Assembly: GCF_001194135.2 (NCBI RefSeq)
Contig: NC_068992.1
Location: 55,910,706 to 55,974,705 of the forward strand
DNA length: 64,000 nt
Source of the DNA: Octopus bimaculoides
Lineage: Eukaryota
Direction: 5' to 3'
The notes beneath the pieces are model-generated. The model was given only the letters and a program-made list of their open reading frames with translations, was not told where the DNA came from and ran no database searches. Each line of letters opens with the position of its first letter. Position 1 is the stretch's first letter. Positions 25,111 through 38,736 of the stretch are shown in pieces. A program made the translations under genes and the position numbers.

Positions 25111-28100
25111 AAAAGTGGCAATGTACCGTGTGTGTGTGGTGTATCTGTAAGCAGAATAAGTTATAAGTAATGATTTAATAATAACCTTTGGCTTTTCTAT
25201 CGAAAGTGCTTTTAACCTACTCTTCACAAGCTGTTATTTATATAGAGCTTTATCTGCTTTGGGATTTACCATTCCCAAAAAAAATATATATATTTTGTGT
25301 TCTAGGTTTATAAATTCTTATCACATCAACAAATATATCGTTAAAAAATATACAAAAAACAGACAGTTGAAAGAACAAACAGGGTGTATTAGTTTAATGC
25401 TCAGGAAAATTAGTTTTTGACATTTTGAGCATATGCTCTTCTGCAGAAAGAATGAGGAGGGAAGGCAGATGGAGAGAGGGCAAAAAAAAAAAATGACATG
25501 CGCATCTATCCAACCCATCTGAAAATAGGGAAATATATTAGTGTGGTGAATGGATTATTGTTTGAATTTATAACAAATTGTTGCTTTACAAAAATGAGTA
25601 AGAATGTTTCAGCCTAAAACCAAGTGATACATTGTTTTTTTTTTTTTTGTTTTTTTTTCAAGAATAGAAATATTTCACTTGTTGCATGATAGAAAGCTTT
25701 ATATCGTTTTGGTAGGAGAGAAGACAACGGATGGATTTTGTGATGTTTATGCACTTGTCAAAACAGTATTATGTGAATGAAGTGTCACATTTGCATGGCA
25801 GTTATTAGCTTGCTGGTAGCTTATCTGCATAAGACTAGTGAATTAAGTGGACTAGCTTTGTTGTTAATCTCTTCTGAATTGATGAAATAGTAACCGTAAT
25901 GTGGAATTTGATCTAGTGACTATATTAGAAAAATTGGTCTTGGGTACTGTTTACAGTGAAAGATGAGTGTGATAAACATGGCTGGCTGTTTGAATTGCAG
26001 GACTAAAAGCTTCACTCTATTTTGACATTTCACCAAGGTTTAAGGTCAGTGTAGTTGACTTTACCTTTCTAGAGATGGTAGTGCAACTACATAAGTGGCT
26101 AGTTTTAGCCAATCAGATCCAGCCATTCTTAGCATGCTCTTGTGCACACCATTGTGACTTTCTAAAAGGCACTGTTTTTTTTGTGTGTGGGCGCGAGAAA
26201 TTAATATTAATAATAAAACCATTATGAAACCTTTAACCATTTAGCATTCAGATTACTCTGTCAAATGTAATGCTTATTTATTCATAGTGTTTTGAACTAA
26301 TTTTGAATGATCTCATAACTTCAAGATTTTAATGATGATATGATTGTTAGGTAGGTATGAGATGTTGTATGTATGAGAGGGCATAGAATATTTATGCTGA
26401 ATATGACAGGTTTAAATGCTAAAGAGTCAAAGATGAAAAATATTTAATGAAAATTTTGAAGTGCAACACATTAACTTGAAATAAAATTTTGTGATGCACT
26501 ACAAGCTTTACTCCAAACCTAACCCCAAAATAGTTCCACTTGGTTTTTCCAGTAGCATACAAATAACATTAAAGTTGTGGTTTTTGTAATTAACCTGAAC
26601 ATCTATGAAGAATTGTCAGTTATGTTTAAAGGGGTAGTTCAAGGTAAAAAAACTTTTTTGTTTCTTTTTTGTATGAAAGCATCTTCTAATAATTCTACTT
26701 GTCACTCCATTACTTAGTCCATCCATAACACTTCCACATGATTAGTTGAAGGGGGAAGAAGAGGTGGTGGTGAGTGAATTGTGTAATTAAACTAAATTTT
26801 TTTTCCTTCCATTAAGTACATTAAGTAAGCATGGTATTCCAATATCCTTCACTTTTCAGTGAATAGCAGATGAGCGACTATCTTTCCACACAGACACAAC
26901 ATGGGCAATGCTTTCAGGGTTTTTTTTAATAAAGTTTTCAGAAATAACCCAATAAGTTTACCATTAATTCCATGAAATATTCACAGATCCTGCTAGTGAT
27001 AATATCTGAAATAAATAATTTATTTACCCCCCCCCCCCAAAAAAAAACTTTACATGGCTTCAGCTTTATCTGTTATAAACTGTAACTACTTTTTGCCAAA
27101 ACTAGCACTGGTCTGTCTTTTACCAAAACCAGTTACCAGTATTTTTATCAGATTCTAGTTTTTCCCTACAATTTCAAGCTGGCAAATTAACTCTCAATGT
27201 AACGGTTTGAATCTAATGCACTTTTAAACTGTGTTCTCAAAGGCTACAATATAGAATACTAAATCTCTAACTGGAATACTAAATCTCTAAACTTTCATAG
27301 GTTCACTTAAATATTCTTTCTTCTCACTGAACTTTTTGTTTTTCTATTCAACAAATTTGAAAGCGCCAAAGCTGTAAATGCTTTTTAAAAGCTCACTGGA
27401 TTTGACTGAGATTTTAACTTTCCATGTTTCAGTTTTATCAATATGCTCTCATACTAGATACAAAAATTTACCTTCAACAAGTTGTACAACATAGCATTTG
27501 ATGAGTTTTCTGATTCCTTGCCAAATTCGTTTGGGGATCTTTTTCTTTTCCAAGTATATCTATAGTACAGTCTGGTTCACTTGGTGTTGTAAATATATCA
27601 TAATAAATAACTGCCTATCTTGCATTTAGTTAATGATTATAGAGTGAAAAAAAAACTGTGTGTATTGCCTATTACTTAATCAATTTTCTCAAAGTTTTTG
27701 TCAGTTTTATGTAATGTTTCTTGCATCTTAGTCAAGATCTGTTAACGTACAGACATCTTAATGCAAAAAACCAGAATTCTCTGGTACCTGGCCAACTAAC
27801 TGTTCTATTTTCCTGTCTTCAAACAGGTGAAAAAATATCAAAAGAAAGCACTCACATTGTGAAACAAATGTGACTGTATCTTATTTCTTAAAGAATTTAA
27901 TGAATGAAAGGAGCCAAGTGCTATTTCCCATTGAATATTATCTTGGTTCTTAATTCAATTGTTTCACATCAGAAGACATTAACAGTGTTCCAGAGTAGAA
28001 AATAGTCCATGTCTTATGTTGAAGCATTGGCTAGTTTTCAAGTAATGTCATGTGTTAAATACTGAAAACTAATATTAGACTTGTGAGTATTGGCTCTGCT

Positions 28101-28274
28101 TCTATATTTGAAGTGTGATGCTGCATCAGACTAAGAAACCCTGTCATGGAGAAAGTGACATTGTAAAGGCTAATAGTGCATGAGAAAGCAATAGCAATAT
28201 CAAATCCTTGAAGACTTAAGTTTTGTGGACATATTGATAAAGATTCAAATTGATGGTGCTGGGTGTTGTTGTGA

Positions 28275-28500
28275 GGGCACATGGCCTATTGGTTAGGATG
28301 TTGCACTCACAATCACAAGGTTGTGGTTTCGATTCCCAGACTGGGTTATGTGTTGTGTTCTTGAGCAAAACACTTCATTTCACAATGTCCTACAATCACT
28401 TCAAGATCTGATGTGTGACACACTGTGCACCTGTACAGGCAATGTTGATTTGATGGTGCTAATGTACAGCACAAGCATTTCATCACTATAAACAAATCAA
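28275..28500 (+). mobile_element. Decayed tRNA-derived SINE
   Basis: A-box tggcctattggttagg, B-box ggtttcgattccca, then cttgagcaaaacacttc core. Confidence 0.6.
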
Positions 28501-29037
28501 CTGTAGAGCTTGTTCAGCACCAAATTGTCAAACCTTCATTTGCTGTTTATGCTAGAAGAATCCACAAGAGAAGTACTGTTGACCAAATCATCTCTGCATA
28601 GTCGCTCCAACTTGCTATTAAAACTCTTTCAAATTGCACCCTACCATTTTACAAGTAAAGGGCACATTAGATAATATAATCTTAGATAAACTAACAATAT
28701 CTGGAAAAAACAAAAAAGTGAACATGTCTGAAATGCCTTTCATCATATGCCTATTTGACCAGTAATGACCTAGAACTAAACATTAACAGATGTCACTTTG
28801 TTTAACCCATATTAGCTTGAAGCTCTTCAGACAATAATTACTATTTTCATTAATTTTTTATTTTCATTTTTAATATTCCTTTTCACATTAAGGCAAGTGA
28901 ACTAGCTGAAGTGTTAGAACACCAGGCAAAATGCTTAGTGGCATTTCTTTTGGCTCTTTGTTTTGAGTTAAAATTCTGCCAAGGTTGATTTTTGCCTTTC
29001 ATCCTTTCAGGTTTTATAAAGTAAGTACCAGTTAAGA

Positions 29038-29153
29038 ACTGAGGTTGATATAGTCAACTGGGCCTCTCCTGCAAGCACTGAGGTTGATATAATCAACTGG
29101 GCCTCTCCCCCAAGCACTGTGGTTGATATAATCAACTGGGCCTCTCCCCCAAA
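29038..29153 (+). repeat. 3 x 39-bp tandem repeat inside a family B SINE tail
   Basis: Unit actgaggttgatataatcaactgggcctctcc(c/t)(c/g)caagc. Confidence 0.9.
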
Positions 29154-31804
29154 TTCTCAGACTTTGTACTTACAGTAATATGGTAGGTTTTGATATTAAA
29201 CCATTCACTGTTTACTGAGCCATAAATTTGTGGCTCAATCTGTTGAGCCAAACCTGGCTCTTACTCCTAAACATGCGTCGGTAGTTATTTCTGTTTGAGA
29301 CAGTGATATATTTCTATATTAGATAGGGTAAGTTCGAAAACTCACATTTGTAATTAAATATTTGTTGTTGTTGCCTATGTACACTTGTATGTTCTGCTTT
29401 CAAAAATGTTTTCTAATTTGTCTGCTTAACTGAAAGTATACAAATCATATCGGCAATCTTTTACTGAAGAAACCTTATATAAGCAGTTTCGAAATAATCC
29501 TCAACACTTCAGGCTACAGATATCATTTTCTAATTGATAACTTGGTTTCGTAACATTACATTTTTTTCATGATAACAGTTAATGATTCAAAAAAAAATAA
29601 AAATAAAAATTAATAATGCTTGCAAAAAAAATAAAAGTTGATCTTAATAAAATTCTTAGTGTTTCAGACAAACTCTAATTTACGAAGGTGTTAGAATAGT
29701 GAAAACAAATTAAACTTGTGAAGCAACCAACACATGATGTACTTTTTTTCTTTCTTTTTTTTTTTAACAGTTAGGCAACATTGTATCAATATAGTTTTGG
29801 TTTCGTCAGAGAATACTTAGAGTTGTTGCTACTCTATTAAAATTTTTTACAATCTATGTCAATCTTGTGAGTAGGTAGGTAGATTGAACGTGTCATCAAT
29901 ACCACTTCGGTTATATGCCAACTCTTCATCATCTCAGCACATTATTGTGAAGAGAGCAAATGTTCAAAGTTCATGTTAACATTTTGTTGTAAAATTTTCT
30001 AGATCTAAACTTTTTTTTTTTCCAGTTAAGTTTTGGCACTGGTTATGAAGGTGGTTTTGTGGTTAAATAGTTTTGAGCTCAATTGCGTTGTGTAACAATG
30101 GTAGAAGTGTCTTCTTCCAAAGCTTAGGATTTACCAAAACTTTTCAGATTTAATTTGAAGGCAAACTGTATAGAAGCCCATAAGATATTTTTGTTTTTGG
30201 TGGGGGCAGTTTAACCACCTACCTTGAATGCCTTTAATGGAGTACACCTTGTTGAAAGCATTTGTGACAAGCCTCCAGTCTGAAGATAACTTTCTCCAAC
30301 CAGTCCTGCTCTTCTGACTAAACCATTAAAAAATCTCATCATACTTCCTTGACCCCTTTTGTTACTATATTTCCATTGAGCTTCATTGCATTTGTTTTAA
30401 TTAATTTTAGTAATAATAAAGAATTTGGTAAAATATGTTGGTCATTACTAAACTGGTAATTGGAACAAAAATTGATAAGGAACTTTAATGGGAAGTTTTA
30501 ATTTAGATCACTTTATTTTGAAAGTTTGCATCATAGAAGCAGCAGCAGTCTTGGGCAAGTTGGTATCAATAGGGTTAAGTCCTGAATCTCATGTAACCAT
30601 AATCCTTTCTACTATTGGTACAAGGCCTGAAATTTGGGAGGAGGGGGAACCAGTTGATTACATCAACCCCAGTGCATAACTGGTACTTAATTTTCCAACC
30701 CCGAAAGGATGAAAGACAGTCGATCTCAGCGGCATTTGAACTCAGAACGTGAAGTCAGACGAAATACTGCTAAGCATTTCGCCCAACGTGCTAACGATTC
30801 TGCTAGCTCGCTGCTTTCTAATGTAACCATAATTCAAGATGCATCATTATTTGAGACTGCAAAACAAGTGTTGAGCACACTTTTCTCCAAGAAACAAAGT
30901 TTTGTCTCCTTATCAAAAAATTTCCTGTTAACATCATGTACAATTCTTACGGCTTATTGAACATCATGTTGATGAGTTATTGCTAATATTATTTATTAAT
31001 GATTTAATAGAGAGAGAGAGAGGTTGGACTTGGAGAAAATAATCAGTGCTATTTTACTGTCGTTTATACATAAAGGTGATGTGTTAATGAGTTTTATTGA
31101 TTTTGAGCAGGGGTATGAATCAAATAGTTGATCATTGCCCCAATGTTTCATTAAAATCTCTGAACTTGGAAGCAAAGTCCATTGAGCATTTTTTTTGTCA
31201 GGATGAACTGTATGACCATAAGGAATGCCTGACAACAGAGCAATGTCAACTTCATGAAATTTGTGGAGGAGATGAAGGCATATCTTGGAATGCAGTCTCA
31301 AATGAGAGTTGTGTAGCTTCCAAGTTATACAGAGACTACTGGAGCACACATTCTTCTGAGACAGGCAGTCAGTGCCCAGGAATTGATATTTTCTATATAC
31401 ATGTAAAAACTACATTCACAATGTACAACAATAACTGTTACATCCAATTACCAAGTTTCATTCACATCCATCTAATAATAGTTAAATTTAAAAAATTTTT
31501 ACACTGAGCCAACTGCATTTTCATAAGAATTCTCATAGGATTGGGAGGTTTACATTGAGAAAAGCACCACAAGAATTTAAGAGTTACTGTTTCAACAATT
31601 GTTGTGTCATTAATAACGGCAGTGAAAATCAGTTGTGCATTTTGGTCATTGTAGTAGGGTATTGGATAAAATGGTATTCTCTATATATTCTTCCTTATAC
31701 CTATTAAATAAATTTTCATTTGATTCTTCAACAGTAAATCTTTAATATTAGCAAAAATGGTGCAGTTTACTTAATCCTTTAAACATGTGTACTTTTTGTA
31801 AAAT

Positions 31805-32160
31805 ATCATCATCGTCATATGTCTGTTTTCCATGCTGGCATGAGTTGGATGGCTTGCCAGGAGCTGGTAAGCCGAAGGGTTGCACCAAACCTTACTGTCT
31901 GTCTTGGAGTGGCTTCTACAATTGGATGCCCTTCCTAATGCTTTACAGAGTATACTAGTACTTTTTATGTGGTACCAGCACCAGTGAGGTCACTAGCAAG
32001 ACAAGACCCCTCAACTGAGGTGGAGAGTGGTATTGAGTGAGATGGCTTTGTGCCAAGTGATGAGAGGTTAGAGTATGATAGAGGGATAGAAACAGGTGTC
32101 TTAAAGTAGAGTAGAGAAAAGGAGAGATGGTGTTGGGAGTACATATTCAAGTTACAGGGA
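31805..32160 (-). mobile_element. RTE 3'UTR-derived repeat, antisense
   Basis: ttttccatgctggcatgagttggatgg...ggatgcccttcctaatg; other antisense copies about 36625-36790, 45960-46200, 51685-51990, 53600-54120, 61248-61570. Confidence 0.75.
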
Positions 32161-32924
32161 GGGGTATATAAGTAAAGTGGTATAAAGGGTTGATAAAGAG
32201 AGTGAACAGGTAAGTTTGTAAGAATGGATGGTTGGGGAGGGGAATAAAAAAAGTGTTTTTGTCAAATAGGGGTACATTGATTTTGAGAGCATTTCAATTT
32301 TGAATGCAAACCCTAACATCACTGAGCATTTTAAACAAGCCAGATGCTAAGTTAAGGTAGTTGAAAAAAAATAGAGCTTCTTGAAATATCCTATTTTTAA
32401 TTCTGTAGTTTATAAATTATCTAAAATCTCAGAATATTCTGTATGAATAACACTTGTGAATTAATTGAACATTAATTTTGTCTAATTGGTCAGATTTACT
32501 TATTCAATAGCAAATTGCTTCTGTATAAATCTTTTGTTTAATTATATGAATTATCAAAAAGTATTCATTTGGTGACTTGCAAAATGATTTGCAGTTATTC
32601 CTATTGCAGACCATTTTATTGATTGTGCAAGCTGTTCCGTCTTTGCATAATTTATTAGAATATAAAATTGATAGTATATTCAGGTATATAAATATCTTCT
32701 GTATCTATACATTTTTATCTGCTTGCTTAATGCAGATTTGTGAAATTGTTTTTCACCTATGTAAATTTTATTTGTGAAACAGCTGTTTTGTTACAGCAAA
32801 CGTAATTACATAAATATTCCACATTAAAATATAAATCCAAAACAAAAGAAAATGTAATCATGAGTGAAGAAAGAAAAAAAAAACATCACTTCAACACTAA
32901 GTGCATCAACCAGTCAACGGAACT

Positions 32925-33900
32925 TATTGAAGCAAGCCAACACACTTGCAGCATTATCGCAGGCGATGGCAAGGCCAAAGCATTGGAACAACCAGGCACC
33001 CTCAAGAACATCACCTGTCACCTTGGTAAGACAATCCACTAATGATAAGTACTTTAATCAGTAGCCCAAGTGTCTCAAATGCCATGAACTACAAGAGATG
33101 GTTCACTAGCAAACCCCGATACTTTAGGATTTTGTCCCATTTGACTACAGAAGCAGTGACCCACCCGTTTACTGCAACATCTAGGATGTGGAAGGGATCA
33201 AAGGAATTACTATGATGTTCCATATGAAGCCACCTACCTCTTACCCAGGGACAAAGGGTAAGGCCATCCGGTTTCTTCTCGTTACTTCTGGATAATTCTG
33301 CTGGCTCCAGAACAGAGAGGATACTTACTCCAACCAGGGCCTGCTTAATGATCAGGTTTAGGTTGGTGTGACAGGCAAAACACTTAGCATTTAGGTGGCA
33401 AGACAAACAATGAAGGCCCATAGAGTCAAGGGGCCTACTGCGGCAGCAGCTCAGACCCCCGCCCCCCAGGTGTCGGCTCCCACTGAGTGCAGTGGCTATG
33501 CAGAGTTCATCCAGATTGAACAAACTGCCAGTGTTGTCCACAGGCAGGGCATCAACCCAATCCCCCAAGTATTTTGCAGTAAGTGGGTGACATTTTGAAA
33601 ATTAATCAGATTGGTCAATGAGAGAGTTGAAGGTGTCACTTGAATGCAGATTGTCTCCTGCTCTCTACTTCTGCCTATCCTCATCTGTATCTGGAACTGA
33701 CAAATCCAGCTCTCTCCACTGTAGCAGAACTTCATCCATCCCCTTGTTGGAAAAGATGTTGCCTACCAAAGGAGAGCAAGCATGGCTGGAGGAAACAGGA
33801 AAGAGACAGAGACAAGCACTGAGGCAAAGCCTGGTTGCAGAATTCTGGAGAGCTTGACAATTGACCAAGCATTGGAGAGACAAAGAAAATCTATAAAAGG
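32925..33900 (-). mobile_element. CRE-clade non-LTR retrotransposon 3' part (CCHC + restriction-like endonuclease)
   Basis: GDWVDALP...DSMGLHCLSC...CHTNLNLIIKQAL...LEPAELSRSNEKKPDGLTLCPW, then TKVTGDVLEGAWLFQCFGLAIACDNAASVLAC (cf. recalled RPDGLTL.PW and LFQRLS.A..RGNAAS). Confidence 0.8.
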
Positions 33901-35449
33901 AACTATGGAAATTCTTAACTTAAAATGGTCAGAATGTTTTATGTTGAACACTCCTTTTTTTTTACCATATTTCTGTTGAATTACACTGCTTTTGTTTCGG
34001 ATAATTCTGAAAATAATGAATAATTTTCTAAATGAACTTGTCATTATTAAGCTGGAGCATGTAACATAAATTAACACAGAAGGTTTTAATTTAGTTCACT
34101 TTGAAAACAGGAAGTTTATATCATAGAATCAAGAGTGGTCTCAGCCAGCTTGGAATCAAAAGGTTAAGAAATTAGGTTTCCACCTTATCTAGTATCATTT
34201 AGAAGGTGGTTATAGCTTCTCATTATAGATTGGCTATCACTTGTATTGTCTAGGGCTGCCAAAATATATGAACTTAGCCATTCAATTTCATTGACATTTT
34301 AATTATCTTTGGTATAAAAGCATGTGATATCCATTTATGTGTGTGATAACTCACCTTACATTTCTGTAGTCTAAAAAATAGCATCATTAATAATTCTTGC
34401 TAGATGTGTAAACTTGCCCTACTAAACTAAGCCATGCTTAGCAGGGTCACTTGCAGTGATGTTGTTTACATGAAACAGCTGCAAGAAATTTAACTTAAAA
34501 AGTTTTATGACAAAGGTTCTGGTTTTTTTAATGTCTCTGGGAGATTTTACAATAACAAGATACAGTGAAAGATGTATTTATAGCGTTAACTGATGCTGGC
34601 AATTTTTGGTGTTGACCTTTTTTTTTTTTTTTTTAAGCCAGTATATATACCAAAATCTACAGTGCCGTTTTAAGCCCTTCATTAATGAATTTATAATTAA
34701 AATACCTTTCATATGTGCTAAAATAAAGAACTTGGTTTTGTAAAACAATTATGATTTTTTTTTTATATATTTAAAACACCAAAAGGTTCTCACAGTAGTC
34801 CTTATTGCAGAATTTTTGTTTCAAAGCTGTTCAAGTTACAAAGAAGTACAGGGGAATTTAGTGAAACGTAAAAATTATTTGGATCTTGTTTAAATAACCA
34901 TACAAAATTAGTTATCAGCTGATATTCAACTGGGATATATAAATGAATTGTAGTATAGAATTATGCACATTATTTTCAAGTGAACTTGAGTGAAAATTAT
35001 AGCAGGTGCATTATAAAAGTCAGCACAAAATACTGGAATTTATCAAGGTACTTTAAGAAAATGAAAAATGAAATAAATTGGCACAATACTCACAGATTCT
35101 CTTATATAAATGGATTTGTCACTGGACCTTGTTAGTAAAATTAAAATTGAAAATGTGGTAGATGTGAAAATAAAATTTTATATTTCATATATACTCAAAT
35201 TAAGTAACATTTCTTCCCTAGAAAGTTATTTCGGTTGACTACTAGAGTTTTCTTCTGTTGAATTACATTCTTGGCACAGTCTTGCATACTGATTCATCCA
35301 TTTACAAACTGCTATTTTCTATCGTCTTGTTTACAAATGAAGAGAAAATATGACTCTTGTCTGTGCAATGCATTTGCTAAAGAATTTTCTTTAAACCATT
35401 AGATTATTTCAATTTGTTGAATGTTTTTATATTCAGTTAATATCACTTT

Positions 35450-35950
35450 TGTATTATAGGAGTGATAAATTCAGACAGTATCCTACCCAAGGCCATGCTG
35501 ACTTACACCATCACCTCTTCACAAAAGCTAAAACCACAGTAGTACCCAGTGTTTGCCTTGAAGCCTCAGTAATTCCATATTACCTTGTGGGCTTTCCTGA
35601 CATATGGCTGGAAAATGTATCCAACTTTAATACTTTTCTATCCATCTTAGTTAATAAGAATTAAATGTCCTTTATACAGTTTCTATGTGACGTTTTATTT
35701 TAAATAAAGGGTCCTAATATTCTTTATGTACTAGTGTACTGCTGCTGCCTCGTACATACAAATACTGGCAGTTTCAAAAACTTCATTCTGGTCATGCTGT
35801 TGGAAACCTAGTGTCATCAAAGGGCTTTAGTTCTGCTTAAGTAATCGGTAATCTTGAGTAGCTTCTTAATATTTACTGCAAAAAGTGCCTGAATTTTATT
35901 CAGGATGTACAAGACTCTAAGTTTGTCTTCCTTATCTTTTGTTCATGTTC
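35450..35950 (-). mobile_element. Possible piggyBac transposase remnant
   Basis: DKLRVLYILN, MSGKPTR*YGI and ANTGYYCGF loosely resemble DKL.K.R, KP.KYGIK and TGY...F; very degraded. Confidence 0.35.
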
Positions 35951-38698
35951 TGTGGAGTAATTTTTGTTTCTGCAATTATAGTTGGTAGCAATTCAGTGAG
36001 GAAAGAAAAAAAAATAAAAGAATTGATGGATTTCAAGTCTTTGAGAAGGTTGATTGGGTCTGGTTTCTGCTGAAACTTTTCAAAGAGAAATATTTTTATA
36101 AATTTTTTTATCCTATTTTGTCTTTAGGAAGAAATTCTCGCTTACAGTATTAATGTGAAAATTGAAATATCTGACCTTAATACAATCAACACTTGATTAC
36201 ACTTATTACCTTTCCCTTTTGCTACCATTGATTTTTCTTTTGAAAATTCTTTGGATTTGGAGTCTACAACTAAAAAGAAAGCTACTATTTGTTTCAAGAG
36301 AAAAAAGATGTTTTAGTAAAGATAATGATGTAGACAAATGGACAAAACAAGTAGAGCACAAATATGAATAGGTAACTACAGGCAGTATTAAGTAGGTTGT
36401 TGATTTAGGAGTGGATTGGTAATAAAAGGGTCAATATTTCATGCAGGAATATCCTCTTGTGCATATCTTATGATGAAATTGTCTTATTGAAAGCATTTTA
36501 TTTACAAAACAAAAACAAAATTTGGAGTCTACAGGTTCAACAAGCTGTACAGCCTTCAATTTGATTTAAATATGTGAAAGGCATCTGAGACATCAATGTT
36601 AGGACAATATTCATCCTCAACAGATTCACATCATTTAATATTCACTTTTGCGTGCTTGCATGGGTCAAATGGGATTTTGTTGAGGCAGATTTTCTATAGC
36701 CAGGTGCTCTTCCTGTCAACAAATCTCGCCTAATATTTTCTCATGAACAGACATGTCTCAGAGGATTGGAAGCAAAGGACATCACTTACATGGTAGTCTC
36801 ACACATGCACACATACATGATGAGCTTCTTTCATTTTCCATCTACCAAATCCATTCACAAAACTTTGGTTGGCCCAGGATCTTCCATTATAATGGAAGAT
36901 ACTTATCCAAATTGCCATGCAGTGGAACTGGACTTGAAACTTTGATTGGGAAGTTAACTTCTTTACCACAGAGCCATGCCTGCACCTTTGCAGGGACTCA
37001 GATAACCATAATAAGGATTGTAAGAACCAACTGCCATTCCTTCAAACAAACAATATCATAACATCTGTTGTATTGAAATTCAATATTTGCTCTATCTAAA
37101 CTATTGAGTCTAGCTCTTTCTATCAGTTAAAGCAATCATTACAGGATTACAAACAATGGACATAAAACTTTTTGTACCAATAAATCACTTGTCAACTGAG
37201 AAATACATTCCTGTGAAACCTGTATCTACTCATAAAAATGGAATAGGCAGAATTAATATTTCATGTGATTCTATTTTACTGTAAAAAAAAAAAAAAAAAA
37301 AGGTCTGAGGCGGAATGATGGAATAATGTGTGTGTGTGCTGCACCTGAACTGAAGACAGTTTCACAATAGAGGAATTGAAATATTTAGAATATTAAAAAA
37401 TACATTTAGTATTAATACTCAGGAAATTTTAAATTTAAGAATTTTACAGCATGAAGTGTCTGTCTGTCTATCTCTCTCTCTCTTTCCCCCACCCCCACCC
37501 CATTGTTAGTAGCAAGAATATAAGAAGAAATTATCCTGATTGTGTGTGCGTGGGTTAATCACCATTCTTTCATGCTTTATTTCTCCTGCTTATTCTAATC
37601 TTGTGCAGTGATTGGATGCGAGTTCTGTAAACCACTAAACTACTTTTGTATTGTTACTTGTCGAGTCTTATTGCTTTCACTTTTTTTTTTTCTTTCTCGA
37701 TTCCATAAAAGTAGCATAATGTAAGGAGATGAACATTAAGAATAAGAAATATGACTTCTGTCTGGTGAAGTCAAACGATTTGAAATTGCGTAATAATAAA
37801 GACATTTTTATCTCTTACAAGCTACAACCCATCTTAACTTTTGAGTCGAGTGTATTCCAAGATTTGTATTAACAGCAAAGATTGTGGTTGATTAAATGAA
37901 CAGTTTTAGACAAGTAGTTCATTTTAAATATTCTATTTAGAATTCTCATTCCTTAATATATTCACACAAATTAGTTTTCAAACTCCGTATGAAAGCCAAA
38001 TGGAACACTGACAAATTAATGCATTATACTCTTTTATTTTTCTTTTCTCCTCGCACATTTAAAGATTGTTTGGTATTTCCTTTTTCATGTGTTTGTGTTA
38101 TTTTTTTTTTTTTACAAAGGTTCTAAGCTTAAATGCTGTAAAGTAACAGAGGCGTATGTGCTGGTATATTTACTGAACAATGGAAGGTTGCTTTCTCAAC
38201 AATTGTACTTTAACATATCACACATAGTATATTTGCTCTACTAAATAGCTGTTGCGATGGAGATATTACATACGCATATATGGGTTGGGAGGGGGAAGCA
38301 GTTGTGTAAGAATAAATTAAGACAGAATCTTGTGGCTTTTTTTGTTTTTCATTTTTAGGGAACCACTACTCTTTAAAGTTGTTGAATGTACATCATGGAC
38401 TGTGATTGATTAGATTTTAAGTGAATCAACTTTCAGATGTCTGTGGCAGTTAAATATTTAATATATTGCATCCTATTATCAAGTATCAAGTTAAAAATCC
38501 TGTTTGATATTCCAGAGGCCAATGAGATTAAAGAGAAGTAATCTTTGAGAATAAGCATTGCAGATTGGTTAGTAGGTCTAATAAATTGATTCAGTGAGTT
38601 TCTGTTTTGTATAATTGTAGTCATTTCTCTTACATTTCTATAATTTAGGAATTTGTTAGTTTTGAGAGTGATGCCTAAGTAGGTTTTTTTTATATTTG

Positions 38699-38736
<38 letters not shown>

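Noticed and set aside
27060-27620. Coding-like minus-strand remnant (YLEKKKIPKRIWQGIRKLIKCYVVQ)
   Set aside because: Probably a decayed Gypsy/Ginger-like element; no diagnostic motif.
29038-29153. CRISPR-like palindromic repeats
   Set aside because: Units are contiguous with no unique spacers, lie inside a SINE, and the context is eukaryotic with no cas genes.
31030-31400. 136-aa ORF at 31097-31507
   Set aside because: No ZFR similarity; an FIDFEQGYES remnant in another frame suggests a decayed LINE RT.
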